A stretch of DNA of 64,000 bases from a virus. This document shows, one piece after another, positions 35,697-44,155 of this stretch (the first letter of the stretch is position 1; every line of letters begins with the position of its first letter). The translations under genes were made by a program, and so were the position numbers. The stretch covers positions 64,001 through 128,000 of the IMG/VR virus record IMGVR_UViG_3300013004_000026; one strand, given 5' to 3'. Below the pieces are notes generated by a model. The model was not told the origin of the DNA and searched no databases. It saw nothing but the letters and a program-made list of their open reading frames with translations.

Positions 35697-35748
35697 AGAA
35701 AAAGCCCTCCGCTGACAGTATTTACTACTGCACTGGGAGGGCTTTCTA
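35696..35748 (-). promoter_or_regulatory. late promoter in the loop of an SD-sequestering hairpin
   Basis: AAAGCCCTCC...gTAAATAc...GGAGGGCTTT-tct-ATG. Confidence 0.7.
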
Positions 35749-35759
35749 TATTGCTTAAA

Positions 35760-36323
35760 TTACTGCTTGTCCAACTCGCGGAAAGCTTCTGTAGCGCGGC
35801 CTGCGGTGCCCTGGCGGATTTTTTCATCCACCTTTTCACGGCGTAACACATTGGCTTCACCCATGGGCAGAGCTACTAGCACATAACTACGAAAACGAGT
35901 GCCTTCGCTCACACGCTTGACCTCTACTACTTCTGAGCCAGTTACATCAACCTTGCGACACATGGCACGAATAGCCATTTCACTGTTTTCTGCAGAGGTC
36001 TCGCCCACATCCTGACGGAACACACGACTCTGCTTGTCTACTTCGCCACCTGCTGCTATACAGATTTTACCAAATGCAATTACCTTGGCTTTTTCATCTG
36101 CCATGGCAAAGTCTGGGCTAGTGGCTGTGCCTGCGGCGTAAACTGCACTCTTGCTTTCAGGCAGTTTTTCCATCCACTTGGGAGCTTTGTCAATGGCTCG
36201 TTCGGCATACTTTTCTTGCCGTTCGCGCTCGGCATCGGCTCTGCGTTGATAAGGGTCGCTGCTGGTACTAGAGCAACCAACCAGTGTCAGCACCATTGCG
36301 CCAATTGCTAGTTTGAGTTTCAT
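35760..36323 (-). CDS. lipoprotein, LPP20-like
   Basis: LVGC lipobox; APKWM, YAAGTA, YVLVALP. Confidence 0.75.
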   Translation of the reverse strand: MKLKLAIGAMVLTLVGCSSTSSDPYQRRADAERERQEKYAERAIDKAPKWMEKLPESKSAVYAAGTATSPDFAMADEKAKVIAFGKICIAAGGEVDKQSRVFRQDVGETSAENSEMAIRAMCRKVDVTGSEVVEVKRVSEGTRFRSYVLVALPMGEANVLRREKVDEKIRQGTAGRATEAFRELDKQ

Positions 36324-36332
36324 AGTGTTTCC

Positions 36333-36455
36333 TTATTTAGATTTAATCCAATCACCTGCTTTGCGCAGATCTTCACCTGCACCACCAACTGCACCACCAA
36401 CTGTGCCACAGCCTGTTAGAATAAAAGCCACTGTCAAAATTACAAGTTTTTTCAT
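36333..36455 (-). CDS. entericidin EcnA/B-like lipoprotein (40 aa), absent from track
   Basis: MKKLVILTVAFILTGC-GTVGGAVGGAGEDLRKAGDWIKSK. Confidence 0.7.
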   Translation of the reverse strand: MKKLVILTVAFILTGCGTVGGAVGGAGEDLRKAGDWIKSK

Positions 36456-36506
36456 TTACGACCCCTTGGGTATAGTTTACACAATCATAGTTTAACAAAA
36501 ATGAAA

Positions 36507-37100
36507 TTATTTGTCAATCGAATGTATCCATTTTTCTGCAACATACCATTGTTCACGATTGATCCTGCAGATCACACCTTCGCTTTGGACCAAGCCACCT
36601 TGGCCCATGGGTACCGTTTCAGTGAACCATCTGCACTCTGTGCCTTTGTGTTGAAAACTTTGGCGTTTGGCCAAGTCCCAATGTGGTGCAACCTGACTTT
36701 CTTTCACAGTTTCGTGTTTTTTAACCGGACGCCATTTGGGAATTTCTTGATCAGTGCATATTAATTCTTGATGCATGCTGGCGGTACTGCCAGCTGCTTC
36801 TTGTAGAATTTGGCTGTTGCCATAGTCCTGAGCTTGGACGCACAGTTGTTCTACATTTGCAGACCCTGCGTTGAGCGCGGTGCCCTGGGCAGTGTGCCAC
36901 TGGCCAGCAATCATAACACGAAATGTTACTGTGCAAGAAATTTGGCCATTGAGGCGTTTCACTTCTCGCTGTACATCAGCAGTGCGCTCAATGCGTTCGC
37001 GAAATTGGTTCAGTGTAACACTCTTGTAGTAACATTCAGCAGATACCGATGCACTACACAAAGCCAACACACCAGCGATTATTTTTTTGTTTGGCACCAT
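36507..37100 (-). CDS. secreted Cys-containing protein
   Basis: Signal peptide VSA-EC; paired cysteines. Confidence 0.7.
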   Translation of the reverse strand: MVPNKKIIAGVLALCSASVSAECYYKSVTLNQFRERIERTADVQREVKRLNGQISCTVTFRVMIAGQWHTAQGTALNAGSANVEQLCVQAQDYGNSQILQEAAGSTASMHQELICTDQEIPKWRPVKKHETVKESQVAPHWDLAKRQSFQHKGTECRWFTETVPMGQGGLVQSEGVICRINREQWYVAEKWIHSIDK

Positions 37101-37432
37101 GTCTCTAAGTAATTGATTTTTCTTCGCGCCACAGCCTGGTTCCAGCCCTGTGCATGGCTGCGCCGCTCAGCGTAGGTTCCGTCGGCCATGCTGTAAATGG
37201 CACCGCCGGTACTGTTGACTATTTGGTAATTTGTGATACGCCATGCAGGATTGGGGATTTGCCGTTTCAACAATGCAATTTGCTCGTCCTTGTTGTTGCA
37301 ATCAACAACAAAATTCTCAAGGTCCTGCAAAGGCATCAACGCCACTCTAGTGCCTGGTGCGCTGGCGCAACCGCTTAGTATCAGCGCCGTCGCGATGACA
37401 CTGGCTGTACACAGGTGCTTTTTATAGTCCAT
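37079..37432 (-). CDS. lipoprotein
   Basis: LSGC lipobox; DL..F..DC.N...QI..L. Confidence 0.7.
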   Translation of the reverse strand: MDYKKHLCTASVIATALILSGCASAPGTRVALMPLQDLENFVVDCNNKDEQIALLKRQIPNPAWRITNYQIVNSTGGAIYSMADGTYAERRSHAQGWNQAVARRKINYLETWCQTKK

Positions 37433-37653
37433 ATTAGATTCTTTGCATTAGCAACATATCTGCGTTCGTAATCAGAGCGTTCTGGATTGTATACACCTGC
37501 AGCCAGTTGATGTTCTAACCAACGCACCTGGATGGCTGCATTGGTACAATCTGGACGCATGGTGCTTAAATCATCTCGCTCCACCAAAGGAGGTGGTACA
37601 GTGGCACAACCACTCAGTGCCACACACCCCAGTATCAACCAGCGCGGTACCAC
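37381..37653 (-). CDS. lipoprotein (paralog of 37079..37432)
   Basis: LSGC lipobox; DL..M..DC.N...QV..L. Confidence 0.65.
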   Translation of the reverse strand: MVPRWLILGCVALSGCATVPPPLVERDDLSTMRPDCTNAAIQVRWLEHQLAAGVYNPERSDYERRYVANAKNLIWTIKSTCVQPVSSRRR

Positions 37654-37790
37654 AACATCACTCCGCGCAGAGCTGATTCGGCCTGCTCACGTTTCACACC
37701 AGTTTCCTGGACCACAAAACGCACTGCCCGATCAAAAGACATTTGACGACCAAAGATAGCCGTGTTAGCGGCCTGCTCAATTTGACTCAT
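37635..37790 (-). CDS. 51-aa hypothetical protein (MSQIEQAANTAIFGRQMSFDRAVRFV...), absent from track
   Basis: Hand translation; GGAG SD; ATGA overlap. Confidence 0.6.
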   Translation of the reverse strand: MSQIEQAANTAIFGRQMSFDRAVRFVVQETGVKREQAESALRGVMLWYRAG

Positions 37791-37960
37791 GATTCTCCAT
37801 TTAACAAGTTAGAGGTTTTCTCGTGCTTGGGCCGACGAGAGTAAGCCTTTTTGTTTTCTACTCTTTTTGGCTTGAAAGGCGTGCCAACAGCAAACAGTAC
37901 CATGTGGGCACGAGTACGCGGGCGAGGCATTTCAAAACAAATTGGAGTAGTCTTTTTCAT
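37787..37960 (-). CDS. 57-aa basic protein, ArfA-like, absent from track
   Basis: RAHMVLFAVGTPFKPKRVENKKAYSRRPKH; promoter TTGACA-N17-TAAACT at 37970-37998, near-leaderless. Confidence 0.55.
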   Translation of the reverse strand: MKKTTPICFEMPRPRTRAHMVLFAVGTPFKPKRVENKKAYSRRPKHEKTSNLLNGES

Positions 37961-38000
37961 GATGTTTGTAGTTTAACGAAATGAGTATTTACTGTCAACC

Positions 38001-38174
38001 TTATTTGAATTTGGCACTGAGCAAGCCGCCCAAGAGCACAGCCGCGGCCCAGGTATTAAGAGTGTAAGGAATTAACAGTGCCGGAAACAGAGTATTCAAA
38101 CTCCATACAATCAGCAAAGGACCTGCAGCCAACACCAGCAATATACCAATCACAATACCAATTTTGAATAGCAT
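38001..38174 (-). CDS. small membrane protein
   Basis: IVWSLNTLFP..IPYT..TW; GAGG SD. Confidence 0.7.
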   Translation of the reverse strand: MLFKIGIVIGILLVLAAGPLLIVWSLNTLFPALLIPYTLNTWAAAVLLGGLLSAKFK

Positions 38175-38294
38175 GTTTACCTCTTTGAAATAATCTAGCT
38201 CATAGTGTAGCAAAACTAGCATTAAGTGTCAACCTAAAAAAAAGCTCCATAATATGGAGCTTTTAGTGTTGCAAAATTAACAACTGTTGCAAGA

Positions 38295-38453
38295 TTAGTA
38301 ACAATCACGAAACTGTCTATAAGTCCATTGTTTGTACAAAATTTCCAAATCTGCTTCGCTTTGTGGATTACGACTAGCTATCCAACTTTCAAACTCACTA
38401 GGGGTGCGAAACATCTCTTGAACTCTTTCCCAAAGGCCCTTGACAGTGATCAC
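38295..38453 (-). CDS. 52-aa DUF3563-like protein, absent from track
   Basis: ..EFESWIASRNPQSEADLEILYKQW; GTGA overlap with the phasin stop. Confidence 0.5.
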   Translation of the reverse strand: MITVKGLWERVQEMFRTPSEFESWIASRNPQSEADLEILYKQWTYRQFRDCY

Positions 38454-38734
38454 TTGCTCTTGGCTGGTGTAAAGACCTTGGCAAAAGATTCAGCAGTTTC
38501 TGAAAAGTACTTGCTGTAGTCGTATTTGGCAGTTTCTTGTGCCGCTTTTACCATTTCTTTACCCATAGTTGTGAATGCATCTGTGCTAACTTTTACTGCG
38601 GTCTTGGCAGATTGAGCCTGTGCTTCGACCAAGTCTGACAGGGTCTTGGCAATTGCTTCGTTTTGAATAAACTTGATTGCTTGCTTTTGTGCAGTAGTAA
38701 CTGTGTCGATAACAGTGTCTGTAGTGTTGAACAT
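38450..38734 (-). CDS. phasin-like (PHA granule) protein
   Basis: Amphipathic helical A/K/T-rich 94 aa; AAGGAG SD; TGC-rich box upstream. Confidence 0.55.
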   Translation of the reverse strand: MFNTTDTVIDTVTTAQKQAIKFIQNEAIAKTLSDLVEAQAQSAKTAVKVSTDAFTTMGKEMVKAAQETAKYDYSKYFSETAESFAKVFTPAKSK

Positions 38735-38916
38735 GTTTTTCTCCTTTAGACGAAATGTTCCAATTTACTTGATGACCCAGAATTGGCGTCATGTTTCTAT
38801 TGTACATTTATTTATGCGGCAGTGCAACATATAAACACAGATTTTTTCTCCGAAGCCTAGTGAGTGATCACTAAATAATTAACTATCCATAAAACTTACT
38901 TCGAAGGAGATCAAAA

Positions 38917-39219
38917 ATGGAAATTCTGTTACTACTTGTAGCGGTTGTGGTAGTGGGTACTATCTGGTACATTAGCACCCAATCTACTAAATCTAAGCCT
39001 GCCCAACCAGCGGCACCTTACAAGGTCGAAGCGCCTGCTGCTCAGGAGTCCACACCAGTGGCTGAGCCCGCAAAGGAGGTGATTACTGAGACTGCTTCCA
39101 AACCTGGCAAGGCCAAAAAGGCCCCTGCCAAGAAGCCTGCAGCCAAAAAAGCTGTCAAGCCCAAGCAGGCGGTCAAAAAGCCCGTGCCGGCCAAAAAGCC
39201 AACAAAACCCAAGAAATAA
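38917..39219 (+). CDS. membrane-anchored protein with histone-H1-like PAKK tail
   Basis: N-terminal TM, APYKVE, repeated PAKK. Confidence 0.8.
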   Translation: MEILLLLVAVVVVGTIWYISTQSTKSKPAQPAAPYKVEAPAAQESTPVAEPAKEVITETASKPGKAKKAPAKKPAAKKAVKPKQAVKKPVPAKKPTKPKK

Positions 39220-39243
39220 AAAAGCCCCGAAAGGGGCTTTTTT
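39218..39243. terminator. bidirectional terminator
   Basis: aaaaaagcccc-gaaa-ggggctttttt. Confidence 0.85.
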
Positions 39244-39252
39244 AATGACTTT

Positions 39253-40293
39253 CTAAATTACACCTAGTTTTTTAGCATGGGTATAAACTTGCTCACTGGC
39301 AAGATTTTTACCTTTGGCTTCACACATGATATCGCCCCACTCTAGATGCGATACTGCCCATTCGTTCACACGCTCATTCCAATAAAAGTCGCTGTGTGCT
39401 CTGAGCTTTTGCTTTTTATAACCTCCATCAAGGAGTCCAGCAAGATCGGGAGAAGTTCTGGAGCAATGATCCACAAGAATATCTTCGCGACTAATACTGT
39501 AATGCAAAGCAGGACGAGTACCACGCCAAGAGTCAATAACCCTGCAAACACGATCATCCGTTGCCAGGATGTAGTCGCCATTCGAGTTGATCCAATGATG
39601 GTGAAGGTCAAGAACAAGAGCCACATGTTCACCAACAGCAAGAGTACAGTCCAATCCATTTGTCATCTCATCATTCTCAATGGTTATAAGATTCCGTGCT
39701 TCTGGAGTCAAGCGACCCAGTGTTTGCAGAAACTTTGCTGGCCCACCTTTACCAGACAAATGCACATTGATCTTGAAGCCATGATCATGCCATGACGCAC
39801 CGTAGCCCATCCACCGTGCCATGTCAACGTGATATTCAAATTCTAAAATACTGCGTTCTACAATTTCGGCCGACTCACTAGCCAACACACAGAACTGTCC
39901 AGGATGGAAGCTGAGTCGTACATCTAGTCGTCTAGCAGTTTCGCCAATGGGTGCAAAGATCTTTTCACAATGCGCCTGCACCTCAGCTCGTTGCCACCAG
40001 GTGATCCAGTCTTTTTCAGTGTAGCCTTGTAGCATTTCTGACCCCAGTCGCACCATTCTGCGTTCTGCAGGCAGTGTGGCCACACGCTCAATCAGTCGCA
40101 CAGCCGCGGCAGCGTTGTGGTTCATGATGTCCCACTGTCGTTGTTCGGCCTCTTCAGGATGCTCACGCAACCAGCGCATGGTGGTACTACGACCGTTGAG
40201 TTCACGGTCCACAGCATTGACTTTCATTCCGCCACATTCTGACGGGTCGTTCAACCATTTACAAGCAAAGCCAATTCGTTTTGTTATTGCCAT
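39253..40293 (-). CDS. uvsE: UV-damage endonuclease
   Basis: RIGFACK, LSFHPGQFCVL, IENDE, LDLHHH, RAHSD, MCEAKGKN. Confidence 0.92.
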   Translation of the reverse strand: MAITKRIGFACKWLNDPSECGGMKVNAVDRELNGRSTTMRWLREHPEEAEQRQWDIMNHNAAAAVRLIERVATLPAERRMVRLGSEMLQGYTEKDWITWWQRAEVQAHCEKIFAPIGETARRLDVRLSFHPGQFCVLASESAEIVERSILEFEYHVDMARWMGYGASWHDHGFKINVHLSGKGGPAKFLQTLGRLTPEARNLITIENDEMTNGLDCTLAVGEHVALVLDLHHHWINSNGDYILATDDRVCRVIDSWRGTRPALHYSISREDILVDHCSRTSPDLAGLLDGGYKKQKLRAHSDFYWNERVNEWAVSHLEWGDIMCEAKGKNLASEQVYTHAKKLGVI

Positions 40294-40403
40294 GGGTCTT
40301 TATCTTCAAAAGTTTCAAGGATTTTGGTAAGCAGGAACATAACTATACCGGCTATGCAACCGGCAAAAAGCACTAGCAACATGAAGTCAGTAAAGTTGTC
40401 CAT
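40284..40403 (-). CDS. 39-aa TM peptide (MDNFTDFMLLVLFAG...), leaderless, absent from track
   Basis: TTGACA-N17-TATACT at 40410-40438; ATG 6 nt after the -10. Confidence 0.5.
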   Translation of the reverse strand: MDNFTDFMLLVLFAGCIAGIVMFLLTKILETFEDKDPWQ

Positions 40404-40434
40404 ATGTGGAGTATACGCGAAAAAAGATTATTTG

Positions 40435-41697
40435 TCAACTCAGTGTGCCAAAACGGCTCCACGCTCCATTGCCCAAACTGATCCAGCCAGCTGGTTGCCC
40501 GGGGCCCGGAGCACTGTTGAACAGTACAGATCCTTTGGTTGCACCATGTGCAGGAGTACCTGCACTGAACCCAATTTGTTGTTGCCCTATGTACAACTCA
40601 TTGATGCTCACGGTACCATCTTTGTTTAGAACCAAATTGTCTTTACGGTTAGCACTGAGTACCACAGTTTGGTCCCTTGGCGTTCCCACCCATGCCACAT
40701 CGCGTTCACGCTTACCAAACCCAATTTCTACTTCTTGATCCCAAACACTGAGTGCATGTCCAGGTTCTAGCGTGTTTATGCCCACTCGTTTGTCGCCAAC
40801 ATACAGTGTTTGGCTCAACAATGCTTCGCCTGTGGTTTGTAAATCGCGTACTAATCCTAATCGTGTGATATTGGTGTCTGTCACACTATAACTAAGTTTT
40901 GATCCATCGATCACAGGATTGCCATTGAGTGTTAATTTGTTGAGATCAATACCATGTTCTTGTATGCGTTCAAACAAGGTGCTGCTGAAACCGTCGAACA
41001 GTTCTGTGTTTAGACTCTGTTTTGTGGCAGCCACGGTGTTTTCTATAATTCGTTGAGCAAATGTGCCAGTCATCGGAACATCGCCTTTGATATGCAGGTC
41101 ACCTTCAATTACTGTTTGACCTTTGACTTCAAGTCCCAGACTGATAATCTTGTTTTCAATCACTACTCCTGCATCCAACAAGGTCATCTGAACCTGTGTG
41201 CTCTTGTCCTCAATACCGTTACTGTTAAAGTTTTGTATTGTGCCACCGCGTATGTTGTTACCACTTACAATTAGGGTTCTGGAGTTGATTGCATCACCAG
41301 GGATGCTGGCGTTGGGAAAAGCAAAGGTAGCTAACTTTTTACTAATTTCTGTGAGCACAATTTCACGCACAGTATGATTAACATCTATTTCATTGTACAG
41401 TTTGTGTTTGACATGCTCTGTGGCCAGGCGTTTGGTTTCTGCTTCAAAGCTGTTGACCACTTGATCTGCAACAGCATCCAATCTTTCTTGAACTCTGGTG
41501 TGATCCACTTCCATGCCGGCAATTAAACCGTCCAGCTTGGTACTGGCCAGCCAGTTCAATTTCTTTTCGTAATCAATGTTATCTAACCGCTGCGTTAATG
41601 CTGCGGTTACTAAATTGTCCACACGAGCATTCAGCCGTGTTTCAATTTGTTTAACTAGATTTTCAACTATACTGTCTACTTGATTGGTTATGTCCAT
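40435..41697 (-). CDS. hypothetical protein, possibly virion-associated (helical N-term, beta-rich C-term)
   Basis: RVGINT and GWISLGNGAWSRFG segments typical of fibre-like proteins. Confidence 0.6.
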   Translation of the reverse strand: MDITNQVDSIVENLVKQIETRLNARVDNLVTAALTQRLDNIDYEKKLNWLASTKLDGLIAGMEVDHTRVQERLDAVADQVVNSFEAETKRLATEHVKHKLYNEIDVNHTVREIVLTEISKKLATFAFPNASIPGDAINSRTLIVSGNNIRGGTIQNFNSNGIEDKSTQVQMTLLDAGVVIENKIISLGLEVKGQTVIEGDLHIKGDVPMTGTFAQRIIENTVAATKQSLNTELFDGFSSTLFERIQEHGIDLNKLTLNGNPVIDGSKLSYSVTDTNITRLGLVRDLQTTGEALLSQTLYVGDKRVGINTLEPGHALSVWDQEVEIGFGKRERDVAWVGTPRDQTVVLSANRKDNLVLNKDGTVSINELYIGQQQIGFSAGTPAHGATKGSVLFNSAPGPGQPAGWISLGNGAWSRFGTLS

Positions 41698-42427
41698 TTA
41701 TAAATCTCATTGATATCACATGCTCATAATTTTTCTTGATCAGGCTCTTGTACATGATGTTCTTGTGTATTAAGAATTCACTTGCACCTGCATCAATGCT
41801 GAATTTTGCGCATTGTTTGAAAAACATTTGTCTACAATCAAATCCTGCAAAGGCTCGTAAATTTGTACCAGTGATTTCGTACACGCTGCGTTGCCAAGCG
41901 TTTCTATCTTGTACATCGTAGTCATGATATTCCAAATACAAACTGTCTGTTTGTTCGCTCTTGACCACGCTGGGTATACTAAATTCACGATCCTTGAAAC
42001 TTTGATTTTTGTAGTCTCTTAAAGTAGTTATCACCAATTGGGAACTGAGAGCGCAAATCTTGTTTAGATTTGCCAACTGTTCTTCGTCGGTTTTTGCAAA
42101 AGTTAAAAACTCATCCATGGCTATTACTGCATCAAATCTGTCGTGATCAGCTGACATATGATGCCACTCCATGTATTTGATGTCGCTACGATGAGCTTGC
42201 AAATAGGTCATTATAGAAGGAGTTACTTGTGTCACAGTTATCTGCTGTTTGCTGTCCATGGCCAAAATTGCAGGATTAAACCCAATAAACAACAGTTTTT
42301 TTGGAGCAGCACGATAGTGAGAAATCACATGATCAATGATTTCTTTCTTGCGTCTGATTGTTTCATCTTGCTTACTGCTGTTGCAAAAGGCATCAAAGCC
42401 AATTGCTGAATAGTTGATAAATTGCAT
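41663..42427 (-). CDS. class I methyltransferase-fold protein (divergent)
   Basis: LLFIGFNP, FDAVIAMDEFLTF. Confidence 0.5.
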   Translation of the reverse strand: MQFINYSAIGFDAFCNSSKQDETIRRKKEIIDHVISHYRAAPKKLLFIGFNPAILAMDSKQQITVTQVTPSIMTYLQAHRSDIKYMEWHHMSADHDRFDAVIAMDEFLTFAKTDEEQLANLNKICALSSQLVITTLRDYKNQSFKDREFSIPSVVKSEQTDSLYLEYHDYDVQDRNAWQRSVYEITGTNLRAFAGFDCRQMFFKQCAKFSIDAGASEFLIHKNIMYKSLIKKNYEHVISMRFINGHNQSSRQYS

Positions 42428-42528
42428 TGTTTTTTTTGTCCCTGACAACTTTACAGTATATTTAGTGCCACCCAAAGTTTTTGGGCTAGCCCATAAATAC
42501 CTTATAACAATATCAATAAGGAGCTGTA

Positions 42529-42810
42529 ATGGGCGACATCTTCAAAATCATTGGCGATCTAGGATTTCCTATAGCAGTAGCACTAGCCGGCGGTTACTTT
42601 GTGTATCTTACAATTAAACTTTTATTGCAGGGTGTGCTAGGCAGTATTAAAGGCATGGCAGGCATTATCACAGCCTTGGACAATCGTGTAAAAACCATGA
42701 ATCACGATGTTATCCGTATCGACACTATTGTATCAAATGCACTAGGGCTTAAACCTGACACTGATCGTATTGCCAGAGCAGATGGCAAGAATGACGCAAG
42801 GAGAGACTGA
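42529..42810 (+). CDS. holin-like / YvrJ-like membrane protein
   Basis: IGDLGFPIAVALAGGYFVY TM then coiled coil; TAAATA promoter and AGGAG SD. Confidence 0.6.
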   Translation: MGDIFKIIGDLGFPIAVALAGGYFVYLTIKLLLQGVLGSIKGMAGIITALDNRVKTMNHDVIRIDTIVSNALGLKPDTDRIARADGKNDARRD

Positions 42811-42956
42811 TGGGTAAGTATCAAAAATGGTGGGACAGTCTGAATCCACAAATGCAGGCCTATCTAAATGCACAACCAGTTTGGCATGATCGCGACTTAT
42901 ATAAAGCTGTGTTTTACGGTGCAGTGATTGGATTTTTATTGGGATTGCTATTTTGA
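42810..42956 (+). CDS. 48-aa membrane peptide (MGKYQKWWDSL...), absent from track
   Basis: TGATG coupling; C-terminal TM. Confidence 0.6.
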   Translation: MGKYQKWWDSLNPQMQAYLNAQPVWHDRDLYKAVFYGAVIGFLLGLLF

Positions 42957-43092
42957 TCTTTGAGGCATTCATGGTATTTTATTTGTTAGAATGCATGGTA
43001 TTGATCATGTGGTATCTATTGTACTGCAAAACTAAACCTGAAATTAAAAAGCGCATGTATGATCCCTGGGGATTCTGGAAAGGATATAATTG

Positions 43093-43494
43093 ATGGATGT
43101 TGTTGAATTAATTAACAAGTATGGATTTCCCATTGTCATGGCTGTGGGCATGGGTTACATTATCAAATATGTGTGGGAGTGGAGCACCAAAGAAGTCAAG
43201 CCAGTGATTTCTGAAGCAAACACAGTGCTCATAGCCTTGATTGATCGCATACGCATGTTGGACAATGATTTGATACGGTTGAATCAAAAAGTAAATACAG
43301 TACTGCATCTGCGAGGCAAGATGATTGAAAGCGATCGCGTGATGGAAACTGTAAAGGTCGAGCGCGAGGCAGCCAAACAGTTTGACCAAGCTGTGAGATT
43401 AGACGACGGAATTCACAGCAAACCCAAGAGTAAATCTAAAACAGAAACGTCTGACTCGTCAGATGATAAAGAAGCCAGAACAGGAAATCCTTGA
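43093..43494 (+). CDS. holin-like membrane protein, paralog of 42529..42810
   Basis: INKYGFPIVMAVGMGYII; AL.DR++.+.+D+IR. Confidence 0.6.
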   Translation: MDVVELINKYGFPIVMAVGMGYIIKYVWEWSTKEVKPVISEANTVLIALIDRIRMLDNDLIRLNQKVNTVLHLRGKMIESDRVMETVKVEREAAKQFDQAVRLDDGIHSKPKSKSKTETSDSSDDKEARTGNP

Positions 43495-43498
43495 TTGC

Positions 43499-44086
43499 AT
43501 GACAATCGTGTACATACACGGTGCATCTGCCACCAGTGAAAGTTTTACTCGCATACGAGAACATCTACCCAAAAGAGACCTGTGCATAGATTATCACAGC
43601 AGCGATGGGTTTGACACCAATCTCAAAAAAATGATTGAATTGTTGGACAATGTTGAAAAAGTGTTTTTTGTTGCCCACAGCTTGGGCGGCATCTATGCTA
43701 TACATCTTGCAGATAAATTCCCCAACAAAGTTTTAGGCGCAGTTACTCTTAGCACACCCTACGGAGGCAGTAGAGAAGCAGACTATGCTAGATACTTTTT
43801 GCCTTTTTCACAGCTGATGCGTGACATAGGAACTATGAGCCGTCCAATGAGTGTTGTAAAAGATCTACGATATCCCAAGAATAAGTGGACCAATGTGGTT
43901 ACCACTCAAGGTGCAAGTCCTTGGATCAAACAAGACAATGACGGTGTTGTTACCATTGAAAGCATGCGAGCAGTTACCGACATGGAACTGATAGAAGTTC
44001 CTCTAAATCATTATGAAGTGGTGATCAGCGATAAAACTATAAACATTATCAAGGATCGCCTGGCAAGAACACCCTTAGGACCGTAA
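43499..44086 (+). CDS. alpha/beta hydrolase
   Basis: YIHGA, AHSLGG nucleophile, NDGVV, NHY. Confidence 0.85.
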   Translation: MTIVYIHGASATSESFTRIREHLPKRDLCIDYHSSDGFDTNLKKMIELLDNVEKVFFVAHSLGGIYAIHLADKFPNKVLGAVTLSTPYGGSREADYARYFLPFSQLMRDIGTMSRPMSVVKDLRYPKNKWTNVVTTQGASPWIKQDNDGVVTIESMRAVTDMELIEVPLNHYEVVISDKTINIIKDRLARTPLGP

Positions 44087-44154
44087 CTTAGTTACGAGGG
44101 TGGCCGGCTGCTGGCCTCAGAAAACGATTCGCTACCGTGGACTGTAAAGTGAGC
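44071..44154 (+). ncRNA. candidate structured RNA (three hairpins + possible pseudoknot)
   Basis: Nested stems accct/agggt and cgtaac/gttacg; ggccg/tggcc; acg/cgt with loop ttcgct complementary to agtgag. Confidence 0.35.
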
Positions 44155-44155
44155 A

